A stretch of DNA of 64,000 nucleotides from Candidatus Limnocylindrales bacterium (GCA_036278755.1 DASUKL010000052.1:22697-86696); one strand, 5' to 3'. Shown: positions 46,306 through 55,668, numbered from the stretch's first letter. Made by a program: numbers and translations. Notes: generated from the sequence alone by a model not told the origin.

Positions 46306-47979
46306 CTACATCGACTCGGGCGCGGAGATGCCCAGCAGACCCAGGGTGTCGGCCAGGGCGAGGCGGACGGCGGAGACGAGGCGCAGGCGCTGGGCCGAGG
46401 TGACCGCGTCGGTCGCATCGACCACCCGCCGGTCGCGGTAGTAGGCGTGGAAGGCGGTGGCCAGCTCGGTGGCATAGGTGGCCAGGCCCTGAGCTTCCTC
46501 GGCCGCGGCGGCGTCCTCGACGACTTCGGACAGGCGCAGCACGCGCAGGGCCAGGGCGGCGGCGACGGGGTCGTGGGCCAGGGCCTGAGGATCCGTGGCC
46601 GGGGCGGCCGCGAGGTCGGCCTCGGCGGCCTTGCGGAGGATCGAGCTGATCCGGGCGTGGGCGTACTGGGCGTAGTAGACCGGGTTCTCCGCGGACTGCT
46701 TCTTGGCCAGCTCGATGTCGAAGTCGATGCCCACGGTGTGCCCGCGGGCGGCGAAGAACCAGCGGGCCGCGTCGACCCCGATCTCGGCCAGCAGCTCGTC
46801 GAGGGTGATGAACTCCCCGGCGCGCTTGGACATCGAGACCTCCGCCCCATCGCGCACGAAGCGGACCCAGGCGATAAGCAGGACCTCCACCCGCTCGGCC
46901 CCGAAGCCCATGGCCTGGGCGGCGTTGCGCAGGCGAGCCACGGTGCCGTGGTGGTCGGCCCCCCAGAGGTAGATGAGCCGGTCGAAGCCGCGCCCGAACT
47001 TGTCCACGAGGTATCCGACGTCCGAGCCGAAGTACGTGGACTGGCCGTTGGAGCGGCGCAGGACGCGGTCCTTGTCGTCACCGTAGCTCGTGGAGCGGAA
47101 CCACAGCGCCCCGTCCTGCTCGTAGGTCGCGCCGGCCGCGGCGAGCCTGGCCAGGGCGTCCTCGACGTGGCCTTCGGCGTACAGCGAGCCCTCGCTCTTC
47201 CAGACGTCGAAGCGGACCCCCAGGCGAGCCAGCGAAGCCTCGATGCCGGCCCGGATGCGCTCCGAGGCCCAGGCGCCCAGGAGGCTCTCGGCATCGGCGC
47301 CAGGGGCCTCGGCCTGGGCCCACAGCTCGGCCGGCAGCTCGGCCGCCAGGGTCTCGACGTAGGCCCCGCGATAGCCGTCCTCGGGGATCGGCTGGCCGGC
47401 CCGCACGGCCCGCACCGAGGCGCCCAGGTTGCGGACCTGCGAGCCGAAGTCGTTGAAGTAGTACTCGCGGGTGACGTGGTGGCCGGCGGCTTCGAGGATG
47501 CGGCATAGGAGATCGCCCACGAAGGCCCCCCGGGCGTTGCCGATGTGCAGCGGCCCGGTGGGATTGGCCGAGACGAACTCGACGTCGATGCGCCGGCCCC
47601 CGCCCTGCCCCGCCGGCAGGCGGCCGAAGTCCGGCCCGGCGACGAGGGCCGCGTCGAGGGCTGCGGCCAGGTGGTCCGGGGCGAGACGGACGTTGAGGAA
47701 GCCCGGCGCAGCGACCTCGACCCCGGCGATGGCCGGATCCGCGACGCGGGCCGCGATGGCCGCGGCGATGGCCATCGGCGGGCGGCGCAGCGGGCGGGCC
47801 AGCTTGAGGGCCAGGTTGGAGGCGTAGTCGCCATGGGCCGGGTCGCCGGGCCGCTCGACCTCGACGGCCGGCGGGCCGGAGGCCTCGGTGTCGTGGGTCA
47901 GGTCGCCGGCCGCGACGGCGGCGAGATAGGCCCGTTCGATGGCCTGGCGCACGGCGCTGCGCAGGGTGCCTGGCTCCAC
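46306..47979 (-). CDS. argS: arginine--tRNA ligase
   Basis: 557 aa. VEFVSANPTGPLHIGNARGA (HIGH region), MSKRAG (KMSKS-like), and the C-terminal DALR anticodon-binding domain. GTG start with GGAGG SD. Confidence 0.9.
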   Translation of the reverse strand: MEPGTLRSAVRQAIERAYLAAVAAGDLTHDTEASGPPAVEVERPGDPAHGDYASNLALKLARPLRRPPMAIAAAIAARVADPAIAGVEVAAPGFLNVRLAPDHLAAALDAALVAGPDFGRLPAGQGGGRRIDVEFVSANPTGPLHIGNARGAFVGDLLCRILEAAGHHVTREYYFNDFGSQVRNLGASVRAVRAGQPIPEDGYRGAYVETLAAELPAELWAQAEAPGADAESLLGAWASERIRAGIEASLARLGVRFDVWKSEGSLYAEGHVEDALARLAAAGATYEQDGALWFRSTSYGDDKDRVLRRSNGQSTYFGSDVGYLVDKFGRGFDRLIYLWGADHHGTVARLRNAAQAMGFGAERVEVLLIAWVRFVRDGAEVSMSKRAGEFITLDELLAEIGVDAARWFFAARGHTVGIDFDIELAKKQSAENPVYYAQYAHARISSILRKAAEADLAAAPATDPQALAHDPVAAALALRVLRLSEVVEDAAAAEEAQGLATYATELATAFHAYYRDRRVVDATDAVTSAQRLRLVSAVRLALADTLGLLGISAPESM

Positions 47980-48329
47980 GCTTCCTCCGATCTCCTTGGG
48001 GTCGGGGCCAGCCTAGTCGCTCCCACGTGACCGCGCCGAGGGGATGTGGTGGGGCCCGACCTGTCCGACCGCCCGGGCGGCAGAAGTCCCGTCCGGGTCC
48101 TAGTCGCTCGGTGCGACAGGGCACCGGATATCGACCGCCGGCAGGGCGGGTGCGCCGGGGTGCAGGCCGGTCCAGGGGAGTCTGGTGCACTTCGTTCGTA
48201 CTGGACAGACCCATGACCATCCGCGACACTGCCGGTACTTCGTAAGGCAGGTCGTAAGGACCGGCCACCAACATCCGAGGTGACCCCTCGGTCAGCCATC
48301 ATCGCGACGACCGTCCCGTCGCCAGAGCC

Positions 48330-49409
48330 ATGACGAAAGGACCCCACGTGTCTGCCCGACCTGATCCAAACCTCTTCCATCTCGGTAGGACGCGCCGGCG
48401 CTCCGGCCCCGCGGTCGTCCTGGCCACCGTGGCCATGCTAGGGGTCGCCCTCGGCGGGGGGTCGATCGCGTTCGCTGCCGGGCCCGGCAACAACGGCCTC
48501 GGAACCCCGAACGACGGCTCCACGTCAGCCGTCATGGTCGGGGGCAGCGTCACCGCCGCCGGCGGTAGCGCGACGATGAACACGAACGCCACGATGTCGT
48601 GCACCTCGAACGACTCGGTGCTTGGCTTCAGCGGCTCGTTCACCTTGGACAAGACCGTCGACTCCGGTTCCCGGTTCGTGGTCTATCTCGTTCCCAACAA
48701 CGGTTCGGACGCGAACCCCAGCACCAACGTCGCCGCCAACTCCGCCACCGTCACGGTCAGCGCGCCTGACAACTTGAGCGGCAAGACCATCTCCTTCTCG
48801 ATCCCGATCACCAGCGCATTCACCGAGTCCAGTGGTGGCATCCTGATCGTCTTCGCGGTCAACTCGGACAGCATCACGGCCATCTCGTCGAGCAAGTCGA
48901 ATTCCCTGAACTGCAGCGAGGCCGCCACGCCGACGCCCACCGTGGCGCCCACGCCGACCCCGACGGTCGCCCCGACGCCGACGCCCACCGTGGCGCCCAC
49001 GCCGACCCCGACCGTGGCCCCGACGCCCACGCCCACCGTGGCGCCCACGCCGACCCCGACCGTGGCCCCGACGCCGACCCCGACCATCGCACCCACGCCG
49101 ACCCCGACCGTGGCCCCGACGCCGACCCCGACCATCGCACCCACACCCACGCTGCCCAACACCGAGGGCTCGCCCACCCCGACGCCCTCCGGCACGGTCG
49201 TCCCGGCCACGTCCACACCGGCCCCCTCGGGGACCGTCGAGCCGGCCACCCCGACCCCGACAGCCGGCCACACCCTGCCGGCGACCGACACGACCGGCTC
49301 CGGCGGGCCGTCCGGCCCCGGCTCATGGTTCCCGCTCCTCCTGCTCGGTCTGGCCTGCCTGGCCGCTGGGATCGTGCTCCTGAGGCCGGCTCCGGCACCG
49401 CGCCGCTAA
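48330..49409 (+). CDS. secreted cell-surface repeat protein with C-terminal membrane anchor (sortase-/exosortase-like sorting signal)
   Basis: N-terminal signal ([25 protein letters not shown]). A 150-aa S/T/N-rich domain. About 9.5 tandem copies of a 27-bp repeat encoding (A)PTPTPTVAP (48921-49150). C-terminus [19 protein letters not shown], then [18 protein letters not shown], then RPAPAPRR. Confidence 0.6.
   Translation: MTKGPHVSARPDPNLFHLGRTRRRSGPAVVLATVAMLGVALGGGSIAFAAGPGNNGLGTPNDGSTSAVMVGGSVTAAGGSATMNTNATMSCTSNDSVLGFSGSFTLDKTVDSGSRFVVYLVPNNGSDANPSTNVAANSATVTVSAPDNLSGKTISFSIPITSAFTESSGGILIVFAVNSDSITAISSSKSNSLNCSEAATPTPTVAPTPTPTVAPTPTPTVAPTPTPTVAPTPTPTVAPTPTPTVAPTPTPTIAPTPTPTVAPTPTPTIAPTPTLPNTEGSPTPTPSGTVVPATSTPAPSGTVEPATPTPTAGHTLPATDTTGSGGPSGPGSWFPLLLLGLACLAAGIVLLRPAPAPRR
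48921..49150 (+). repeat. 27-bp in-frame tandem repeat (about 9.5 copies; alternating two codon variants, effectively a 54-bp higher-order unit) within the surface protein CDS
   Basis: gccacgccgacgcccaccgtggcgccc / acgccgaccccgaccgtggccccg units repeat perfectly. Last copies have V to I substitutions. Confidence 0.85.
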
Positions 49410-49521
49410 CCAGCCACGGCGCCCGCGGGGGGCGGGCGCTCATGAGGGGGACCCTGGGGGGAACCGAGAGGCGGGCCGAAAGGCCCGCCTCTTCGCGTCT
49501 GCTGGCGGGGTCGGCCTCGGT

Positions 49522-50289
49522 TCAGCCCTCCTCGAGGTGCTCCAGGACGAGGCCCGGCCGGGCCATGGCCACCGGGCCGTCGAACGTGCGGCGGGCTCGG
49601 GTCGCTGCGCCCGCCACGGCCTGGTCCAGGACGTGGGTCAGGATGAGCCGGCTGGCCCCTCCGTCGCGCGCCACGGCCGCGGCCTCGGCGGCATCGAGGT
49701 GCATCGCGGCCGGTTCGTTGGGCAGGGCCCCGAAGGCGGCCTCGGAGAGCAGCGTGTCCCTGGGCCGTACGAGGGCCAGCAGGTCGGCCATCCGGCCGCA
49801 GTCACCCGAGTAGACGAGCCCCGGACCGTCGGCCGCGCCGGCCGGCGTGATCCGGAAGGCAAAGCTGGGGCCCACGTGCGTCACGACCCCGATCTCGACC
49901 TCCAGTTCGCCGATCGTCCGGCGCCCGGGCTCGAGCTCGAGGCCCGAGCCGGGCAGGCAGCTCAGGAAGTCGGGCTCGTGCATCAGCACGTCATAGCGGG
50001 CCCGCAGGCCCACCGGCGCGTGGAGGGCCAGGGAGTGGCCCGGCCCGCAGCCCCAGCGCAGGTAGTGGCGCAGGGGGACGAGATCGATGTGATGGTCGGG
50101 GTGGAGGTGGCTGATCATCATCGCCGTCAGGCTCTCGGGCGGCAGCCGCGAGCCCAGGGCGGCGAAGCTGCCCTGTCCGATGTCGAAGCAGATCCGCGTC
50201 TCGCCCTCCTCCACGAGGTAGCAGGAGGAGGAGAGGCCGGCCGAGCGCCGGGTGTAGGCCGGGCCGGCACCGACCACGGTCAGCTTCAT
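49522..50289 (-). CDS. MBL-fold metallo-hydrolase (RNase Z/ElaC-like subfamily)
   Basis: ATG at 50289 (MKLTVVGAGPAY...). MMISHLHPDHHIDLVPL (HxHxDH). C-terminal LILTHV. The upstream part of the 409-aa ORF is Arg/Pro junk. Confidence 0.65.
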   Translation of the reverse strand: MKLTVVGAGPAYTRRSAGLSSSCYLVEEGETRICFDIGQGSFAALGSRLPPESLTAMMISHLHPDHHIDLVPLRHYLRWGCGPGHSLALHAPVGLRARYDVLMHEPDFLSCLPGSGLELEPGRRTIGELEVEIGVVTHVGPSFAFRITPAGAADGPGLVYSGDCGRMADLLALVRPRDTLLSEAAFGALPNEPAAMHLDAAEAAAVARDGGASRLILTHVLDQAVAGAATRARRTFDGPVAMARPGLVLEHLEEG

Positions 50290-51143
50290 GCGCCCACGGC
50301 CCCGGGAGCCACGGGCAGCGGCCCATCCAGGGGCAGCGCACCGCGGCGCCAGGCGAGGGCCGCGAAGCCGGACCGCTCGAGCAGCCCGTACGCCTCGCTG
50401 AGGCCGAAGCCGAAGTGGTCGAGCCGATGGGCGTCGGAGCCGGCCGTCACGCGCTGGCCGCCCAGGGCCCGGAAGCGCTCCACGGCGGCCCGCGGCGGAT
50501 AGGTCTCGAGCGCCTCCTGGCGCAGCCCCGAGCTGTTGACCTCGAGGGCCGTGCCGCTCTCCACGAGGGCCGTCAGGACCCGCTCGTAGAGGTCGGCGTG
50601 GGGCTCGTAGGCGAAGGGACCCAGATAGGGCACGAGGTAGCGCTTGATGAAGTCGAGGTGGCCCAGGGTGTCGAACAGACCGCTCCGAGCGGCCGCCTCG
50701 ACCTCCTTCCAGTAGGGCTGACTGGCCTCGCGGGGCGTCTTGTCGGCGCACCAGCGGGCCGCGGCGGTCCGATCACGAAAGGGGCTGTCGGGCCCCACGT
50801 GGACCGAGCCGATGATGAAGTCGTAGGCATGGCTCGCCAGATGGGCCCGGATGTCGTCCTCGAAGCGGCGCTCGTAGGTGATCTCGACGCCGAAGCGGAT
50901 GATGGGCCGGCCGGCCCAGCGCTCAGCGGCCTCGCCGACGACCCGTCGCCGGCGCTCGTAGTCGGTGAAGGCGAAGGCCGGGGCTCGGGGGTCGAAGTCG
51001 AGGTGGTCGGTGATCATCAGCTCGGCCACCTCGCGCTCCCGAGCGGCAGCGGCGTAGAGGTCGATGGGGACGTCCGCATCCGGCGAGAGGTCGGTGTGGA
51101 GGTGGGCATCGAGGGGCAGATCCAGGCGGTCGGGCGTGGGCAT
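50286..51143 (-). CDS. PHP-domain phosphoesterase (HisJ/histidinol-phosphatase-like family)
   Basis: LDAHLHTDLSPDA, ELMITDHLDFD, FIIGSVHV, AGSDAHRLDHFG are PHP metal-binding His/Asp motifs. Stop overlaps the MBL ATG (ATGA). Confidence 0.7.
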   Translation of the reverse strand: MPTPDRLDLPLDAHLHTDLSPDADVPIDLYAAAAREREVAELMITDHLDFDPRAPAFAFTDYERRRRVVGEAAERWAGRPIIRFGVEITYERRFEDDIRAHLASHAYDFIIGSVHVGPDSPFRDRTAAARWCADKTPREASQPYWKEVEAAARSGLFDTLGHLDFIKRYLVPYLGPFAYEPHADLYERVLTALVESGTALEVNSSGLRQEALETYPPRAAVERFRALGGQRVTAGSDAHRLDHFGFGLSEAYGLLERSGFAALAWRRGALPLDGPLPVAPGAVGA

Positions 51144-51265
51144 CGCCGCGCAAGGCTAGCGCGCCCCGGTCCACCCCGCGCGGCCACCGGGCAGGCGCCG
51201 GCGTAGCCACCCCTGGTCTGTGGCGATCCCGGCACTTCTGGCCTGGGGGCCTCCCCGGCGATGCC

Positions 51266-51530
51266 CCTGCCGTCACGCCCAGCGGTACAAACGACGAATG
51301 ACCCGGCGGCCGGCGGCCTGCCGTCACGCCCAGCGGTACAAGCGACGAACGAACCTGCGGCCGACGGCCTGCCGTCACGCCCAGCGGTACAAGCGACGAA
51401 CGAACCGGCGGCCAGCGGTCAGTCGTCACGCCCAGCGGCACATCCGACCGGTCTGCCCGTCATCCGTTGCACCCAGCGAACCATCCGACCGTTGGGCTCG
51501 CAGCCGTTCGTCGCTTGTCACGCCGGCTGG
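51266..51530. repeat. three tandem 51-bp direct repeats plus a degenerate fourth copy and a downstream inverted 14-bp arm, in the XRE-TPR / PHP-MBL intergenic region
   Basis: Copies at 51266, 51317 and 51368 share cctgccgtcacgcccagcggtacaagcgacgaacgaac plus a variable 13-nt tail. A partial copy follows at 51419. The sequence cgttcgtcgcttgt at 51497 is the reverse complement of acaagcgacgaacg found in each copy. Confidence 0.8.
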
Positions 51531-51728
51531 AACAAGCCTCCGTGGGACCGGCGTAGCATCACCGGCAGGAGGTGCCTCACGCGTCAGGAGCAGCTGCTCA
51601 GTGTCCTGCTCATCGCATTCGTCATCCTGCTGGCCCTGAGCGTGGTGGTCATCGTCGTCGCCGGGGTGGTGGCGCCGGCCTCGCCGGTCGGCCCTGGCTG
51701 AGGCGCGAGCGGCAGCCGGAACACCACC

Positions 51729-53039
51729 CTACTGCGAAGCGGCCGCCCGCATCAGCTCGTAAGCGCGGCGATGGTCGCCGCTCTCCGCGGCTAGGGCGGC
51801 CCAGGCCCGCAGGACCTCTGCCCGCCGCGACGGCAGACCATGCTCGGCGGCTATGTCGGCAGCGCGCTCGAAGTCGGTCGCCGCAGCCGACACATCGCCC
51901 AGAGCCTGCGCCGCCCGCGCCCGGGTGGTGAGGGCGTCGATCGCCGCCTTGTGATTGCTGCTGGCCTCCGCGTGCGTAAGCGCCGTCGTGGCCAGCTCGC
52001 GGGCGTTCTTGGGTTGACCGCGGGCGATAGCGATCTGGGCCTGCGTGTCGAGGACGTGGGCCAGCTTGCGCACATCATCGAAGCGAGCGAGGGCGGCGGC
52101 AGCCGCGGCCGCGTGGGTCTCGGCCGCGACGAGGTTGCCCAGCACGAGATAGGTCAGGGCGAGGTTGTTGTCCATCGCCGCGGCGTCGCGCTCGGCGGCC
52201 GCCTCGGCGTAGAGCGCCACGCTCCGCTGGCCCTGTCGCAGCGCCCCCTCGAAGTCGCCAAGTTCTCGGTAGCTGGCGGAGAGGGCGGCCGCGAACGAGG
52301 CGCGGCGCAGGGCATCGAAGCCGGCAGCGGCGCGCTGCGCCTCCTGGAGGAGGGCCAGGGCACTGGCGTGATCCCCGCGCCGGGCGTCCACGTTGGCCGC
52401 CGCCACCAGCGCGCGCACGTGCAGGTCCGGATCGACGCCCGGGTCGCCTGAGCGATCATCGAGCAGGCCGCGGAGCAGGCCGCGGGCCTCATCGAGGTCA
52501 TCGCTGCCGTAGTAGGCGGCGGAGAGCCAGTAGCGTGCCAGCGCAGCATCCGCAAGGCGGCCCGCCGCAGTGAAGAGCTCGAGGGCCTCCCCAGCCGGCG
52601 CGATCGCGTCGGCGCCCCGATCCAGGCGACAGAGCGCCTCGGCCTGGGCGCGCAAGAGCTCGGCCCGGGTCAGCGCGGCGGGCTCCCGGGCGAGGAGGGC
52701 GGCGTACCCGTCGGCCGCGGCCTGCCAATCGCCCGAGGCGAGATGCAGATCGGCATCGAGCCGCAGGGCGACGACGTCATCGTCACCTACGAGTGTGGCG
52801 GGCGTCGTCCCGAGCCGGGCTGCGAGATAGGCCAGCGCCTTGATCGATGGTTGGGTCAGGCTGTTCTCGAGGGCCGAGACATACGCCTTCGAGTACTGCT
52901 CGCCCGCTAGTTCCGCCTGGGTCAGCCCGGCTGCCAGACGAGCGGCACGGATCCGTGCGCCCATGCCCTGTGCGCTCCGGGCCGGAGGCCGCCCGACGCG
53001 ACGGGCCGACGGGGCCGATCGGGCGGACGTCGTGCTCAT
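51729..53039 (-). CDS. XRE-family HTH transcriptional regulator with C-terminal TPR-like helical repeat domain
   Basis: IRAARLAAGLTQAELAGEQYSKAYVSALENSLTQPSIKALAYLAARLG (HTH_XRE). Then about 330 aa of Ala-rich helical repeats. Confidence 0.75.
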   Translation of the reverse strand: MSTTSARSAPSARRVGRPPARSAQGMGARIRAARLAAGLTQAELAGEQYSKAYVSALENSLTQPSIKALAYLAARLGTTPATLVGDDDVVALRLDADLHLASGDWQAAADGYAALLAREPAALTRAELLRAQAEALCRLDRGADAIAPAGEALELFTAAGRLADAALARYWLSAAYYGSDDLDEARGLLRGLLDDRSGDPGVDPDLHVRALVAAANVDARRGDHASALALLQEAQRAAAGFDALRRASFAAALSASYRELGDFEGALRQGQRSVALYAEAAAERDAAAMDNNLALTYLVLGNLVAAETHAAAAAAALARFDDVRKLAHVLDTQAQIAIARGQPKNARELATTALTHAEASSNHKAAIDALTTRARAAQALGDVSAAATDFERAADIAAEHGLPSRRAEVLRAWAALAAESGDHRRAYELMRAAASQ

Positions 53040-53182
53040 GCTTGGCAGTGTACTCGATTATCCAGGCGGGTGGACAGACGGCCATTCATTAGTCAGTCCC
53101 ACTGGACTATTGCGCCCAGTTAGGCGTACCATCAGAGCGCCAACCCCGGACCGGACGTGCCCTCTCGGGAGGTTCGTCCGAC

Positions 53183-53695
53183 ATGCGAGAAGGCTCGCCA
53201 ACTCAGCGGCTAGGGACGGATTTCTCCGAGCCAACAGTCTATGATGCGATCAGGGAAGGCCTGTCGAGGAATGGACTGACGGGCGATAATGCCTTGGGGA
53301 TCGACCTCACGGACTATGCTGTCGGCTCTGTCGCCCACGTCACATCGTTGGCGAAGGAGGTGCCGTCCTATGAGCTGGCTGAGCTTCGAGTTGGAGGAGA
53401 AGTCCGAGCAGTCGTTCGCGTTGATGACACCGAAAACGGATACCTCTTCGCAGCTCTCAGCCCCGCAGGCAGCGACTACCCATTCGCCTCCACCGCGACC
53501 CTGAGCCGCTACATGACGGCCAACGGACTCAGCGGCACAGGAACTCTGGTCTGGGCCTGGGCGGACGAAGGCGCATCACCCTTCACACCGTACGTGGAAT
53601 CGACTAACCCTTCATCCAGCTCGCCCACGTACCTAACCCCCCAGGGTGTCTTCGCAACTCTCCATCTAGCCCCCGGCCTCACTCCATCCCAATAG
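53183..53695 (+). CDS. hypothetical protein (first gene of lower-GC island)
   Basis: 170 aa of balanced composition (MREGSPTQRLGTDFSEPTVYDAIREGLSRNGLTGDNALGIDLTDYAVGSV...). About 57% GC, against about 72% in flanks. No family recognised. Confidence 0.4.
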   Translation: MREGSPTQRLGTDFSEPTVYDAIREGLSRNGLTGDNALGIDLTDYAVGSVAHVTSLAKEVPSYELAELRVGGEVRAVVRVDDTENGYLFAALSPAGSDYPFASTATLSRYMTANGLSGTGTLVWAWADEGASPFTPYVESTNPSSSSPTYLTPQGVFATLHLAPGLTPSQ

Positions 53696-53744
53696 GGGAC
53701 CTGCCCCGCGGCATGCAACCATGCCCCAGATCGCGGAGAGCTGC

Positions 53745-53771
53745 TGAACGTTCTTGGGCAGCTGCCCGTCT
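53745..53771 (+). promoter_or_regulatory. ECF-sigma-type promoter (TGAAC-N17-CGTCT) upstream of the ECF sigma gene (likely autoregulatory)
   Basis: tgaac at 53745-53749, a 17-nt spacer, and cgtct at 53767-53771. This fits the GGAAC-N16/17-CGTCT pattern of ECF promoters. It implies translation starts at ATG 53801 (AGGAA SD). Confidence 0.45.
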
Positions 53772-53800
53772 CTACAGATGTGGAGCTTCACCAGGAACCG

Positions 53801-54337
53801 ATGCGCCCACTCGCTAGCCTCGACGTCCACGGCGGTCCAGCCTACTCTGAGGCTGAGTTCGTGCGGCTAGTTGAGCCGGAACTGCGACACGCGTACCACT
53901 TGGCACTGATGCTGCTTCGCAATGCCGCCACGGCCGAGGATGTGGTCCAAACCGCCATCTTGCGTGCCTGGGCCGGCTGGCCCACGCTACGGGACCGGGA
54001 CCGCTTCGTTCCTTGGTTCCACAGCATCCTAATCAATGCCTGTCGCGACGAGCTCCGGCCACGCGGGCGAATACGCTGGCTCCCGCTCGATCAAGTCAGT
54101 ATCATCGCTCCGGATGGCCTAGACTCGGCTCTAGACCGCGATGTTATCGGTCGGGCATTCACAGTATTGCCGCTCCCTGAGCAGGAAGTTTTGGCTCTCC
54201 GGTTCTGGGCTGACTTGACCGTGGCGGAGATCGCATCCCGGGTCGGGGCGCCGGTAGGCACCGTCAAGTCTCGGTTGCACTCGGCATTGAGACGCATGCG
54301 GGCGGCTGTCGAGGAAGCAGGGCAGGGGACGGCATGA
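53801..54337 (+). CDS. ECF-type RNA polymerase sigma-70 factor
   Basis: Region 2 (HAYHLALMLLRNAATAEDVVQTAILRAW...FVPWFHSILINACRDELR) and region 4 (LPLPEQEVLALRFWADLTVAEIASRVGAPVGTVKSRLHSALRRMR). The ORF track starts at GTG 53780. ATG 53801 is preferred from promoter geometry. Confidence 0.8.
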   Translation: MRPLASLDVHGGPAYSEAEFVRLVEPELRHAYHLALMLLRNAATAEDVVQTAILRAWAGWPTLRDRDRFVPWFHSILINACRDELRPRGRIRWLPLDQVSIIAPDGLDSALDRDVIGRAFTVLPLPEQEVLALRFWADLTVAEIASRVGAPVGTVKSRLHSALRRMRAAVEEAGQGTA

Positions 54338-55668
54338 ATATGCTCGACGACGAGCTTGAGCGCAGGATTCGGCGCTGGTTTGAGCGCATGACTCTTCCTA
54401 CCGAGCCGGATAGCCTGCACGAGGCGCTGCAACGTCTACCACCGACGACTCGTCGCAGGCGACAGTGGATAGTCGTTCCGAGTATTGTTGCCGGCTTGCT
54501 GGCGGCGATATCACTCATCGGACTACTAATCTTCGCGAACTCCTTGCTGGGTTCAGGCCAAGGAACTGGTTCGGGGCAGCCCATTGCCTCACAGACCACG
54601 ACCACTCCCTCATCTCGTCCAACGCCACACGAAATAACACTCGCGGGTAAGCTCACCGCAAGCGAGGGATGGGCTATAGCCGACGGCGTCCTCCAGTGGA
54701 CCAATGATAACGGCACCTCATGGCACCTCACGAAAGACCTCAATGCATGGCCCCTCCTCCCAACGAGCCAGGTTGGGTTCATCGACTCCATGCATGGGTG
54801 GGGGCTCAATTTGGCAGACCCTGCACGGCCGTTGTTCGAGGTGACCAGCGATGGTGGTCAGAGTTGGGCCGCAGTCCAGCTGCCGGACATGCCAGGATCG
54901 CCATCCTCTCCTTATTTCTCCAATGTGCATTCCGGGTGGCTCGTGATAACACATGCCAGTGGAAGCGGTGAGCTGCTAGCGACTGGTGACGGCGGGGCAA
55001 GCTGGCATGTCCTAGGCTCGGTCCCATCGAGCATCCTTGGCCCCGTCGTGTTCCTCGACGAGTCTAATGCCATCGCGATCGGGACAAGCGATCCTGTTGC
55101 TGCCGCAGGACGAACGGCTGATTCGCTGTTCGTAACGCATGATCAAGGACGAACGTGGACACACGTCAACATTCCTACCCCGACCGGATTCGGCTCTACC
55201 AAATCGTCTTCTGTGGCGCAACTCCCGAGAGCGACTTCCGGAAGCAGCGCGGTCGCCGTAATAGATGTTTCAAGCAGTGCGGCGTCGATTACTGAATTGC
55301 TGAGGACCAATGACCGTGGCAGCACATGGAGCATTGCAGGGATTCTGCCAGCGGACAACAGCGGCCTGCCGTTCGCAATGGCTACACCGGGTCGATGGCT
55401 CGCTGCCTTCGCGTCCGGCGGAGCCAGCGCGCCGACGCTCATGGAATCGTTGGACGCGGGCAGGACGTGGCATCCCGTGATGGTCACAGGGTTCCCTCAG
55501 TCCCCTGTGTTCAAGAGCCTGATGTTCTCGGACGCTCAGGATGGCTGGGCCCTGGTCGATTTGGCACCTACCCCTGACGCCCAAGTGACAGTCAGCGGTC
55601 AGCTATTCGCAACGACCGATGGTGGCGCGCACTGGATTTCCATAATGTCGGGACTGCAGGTGCCTTAA
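54334..55668 (+). CDS. putative anti-sigma factor: N-terminal cytoplasmic segment, single TM, extracytoplasmic BNR/Ycf48-like repeat domain
   Basis: ATG overlaps the sigma factor TGA (ATGA). TM is IVVPSIVAGLLAAISLIGLLIF. Repeated S.DGG.SW / TxDxGxTW BNR-type motifs: TNDNGTSWH, TSDGGQSWAAV, TGDGGASWHV, THDQGRTWTHV, TNDRGSTWS, SLDAGRTWHPV, TTDGGAHWI. Confidence 0.6.
   Translation: MNMLDDELERRIRRWFERMTLPTEPDSLHEALQRLPPTTRRRRQWIVVPSIVAGLLAAISLIGLLIFANSLLGSGQGTGSGQPIASQTTTTPSSRPTPHEITLAGKLTASEGWAIADGVLQWTNDNGTSWHLTKDLNAWPLLPTSQVGFIDSMHGWGLNLADPARPLFEVTSDGGQSWAAVQLPDMPGSPSSPYFSNVHSGWLVITHASGSGELLATGDGGASWHVLGSVPSSILGPVVFLDESNAIAIGTSDPVAAAGRTADSLFVTHDQGRTWTHVNIPTPTGFGSTKSSSVAQLPRATSGSSAVAVIDVSSSAASITELLRTNDRGSTWSIAGILPADNSGLPFAMATPGRWLAAFASGGASAPTLMESLDAGRTWHPVMVTGFPQSPVFKSLMFSDAQDGWALVDLAPTPDAQVTVSGQLFATTDGGAHWISIMSGLQVP

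Noticed and set aside
46296-47834. Upper part of ORF 45636..47834 (732 aa)
   Set aside because: Only the last 219 codons (MBL-fold hydrolase from GTG 46295) are protein-like. The rest is an out-of-frame read-through across argS, which is encoded in a different frame (46306..47979).
51266-51530. CRISPR array
   Set aside because: The 51-bp units are directly contiguous, with only about 13 variable nt and no unique spacers. No cas genes present.
51600-51701. Small hydrophobic ORF (LIAFVILLALSVVVIVVAGVV...) downstream of the repeats
   Set aside because: No in-frame canonical start with an RBS. Most likely a chance hydrophobic frame in GC-rich DNA.
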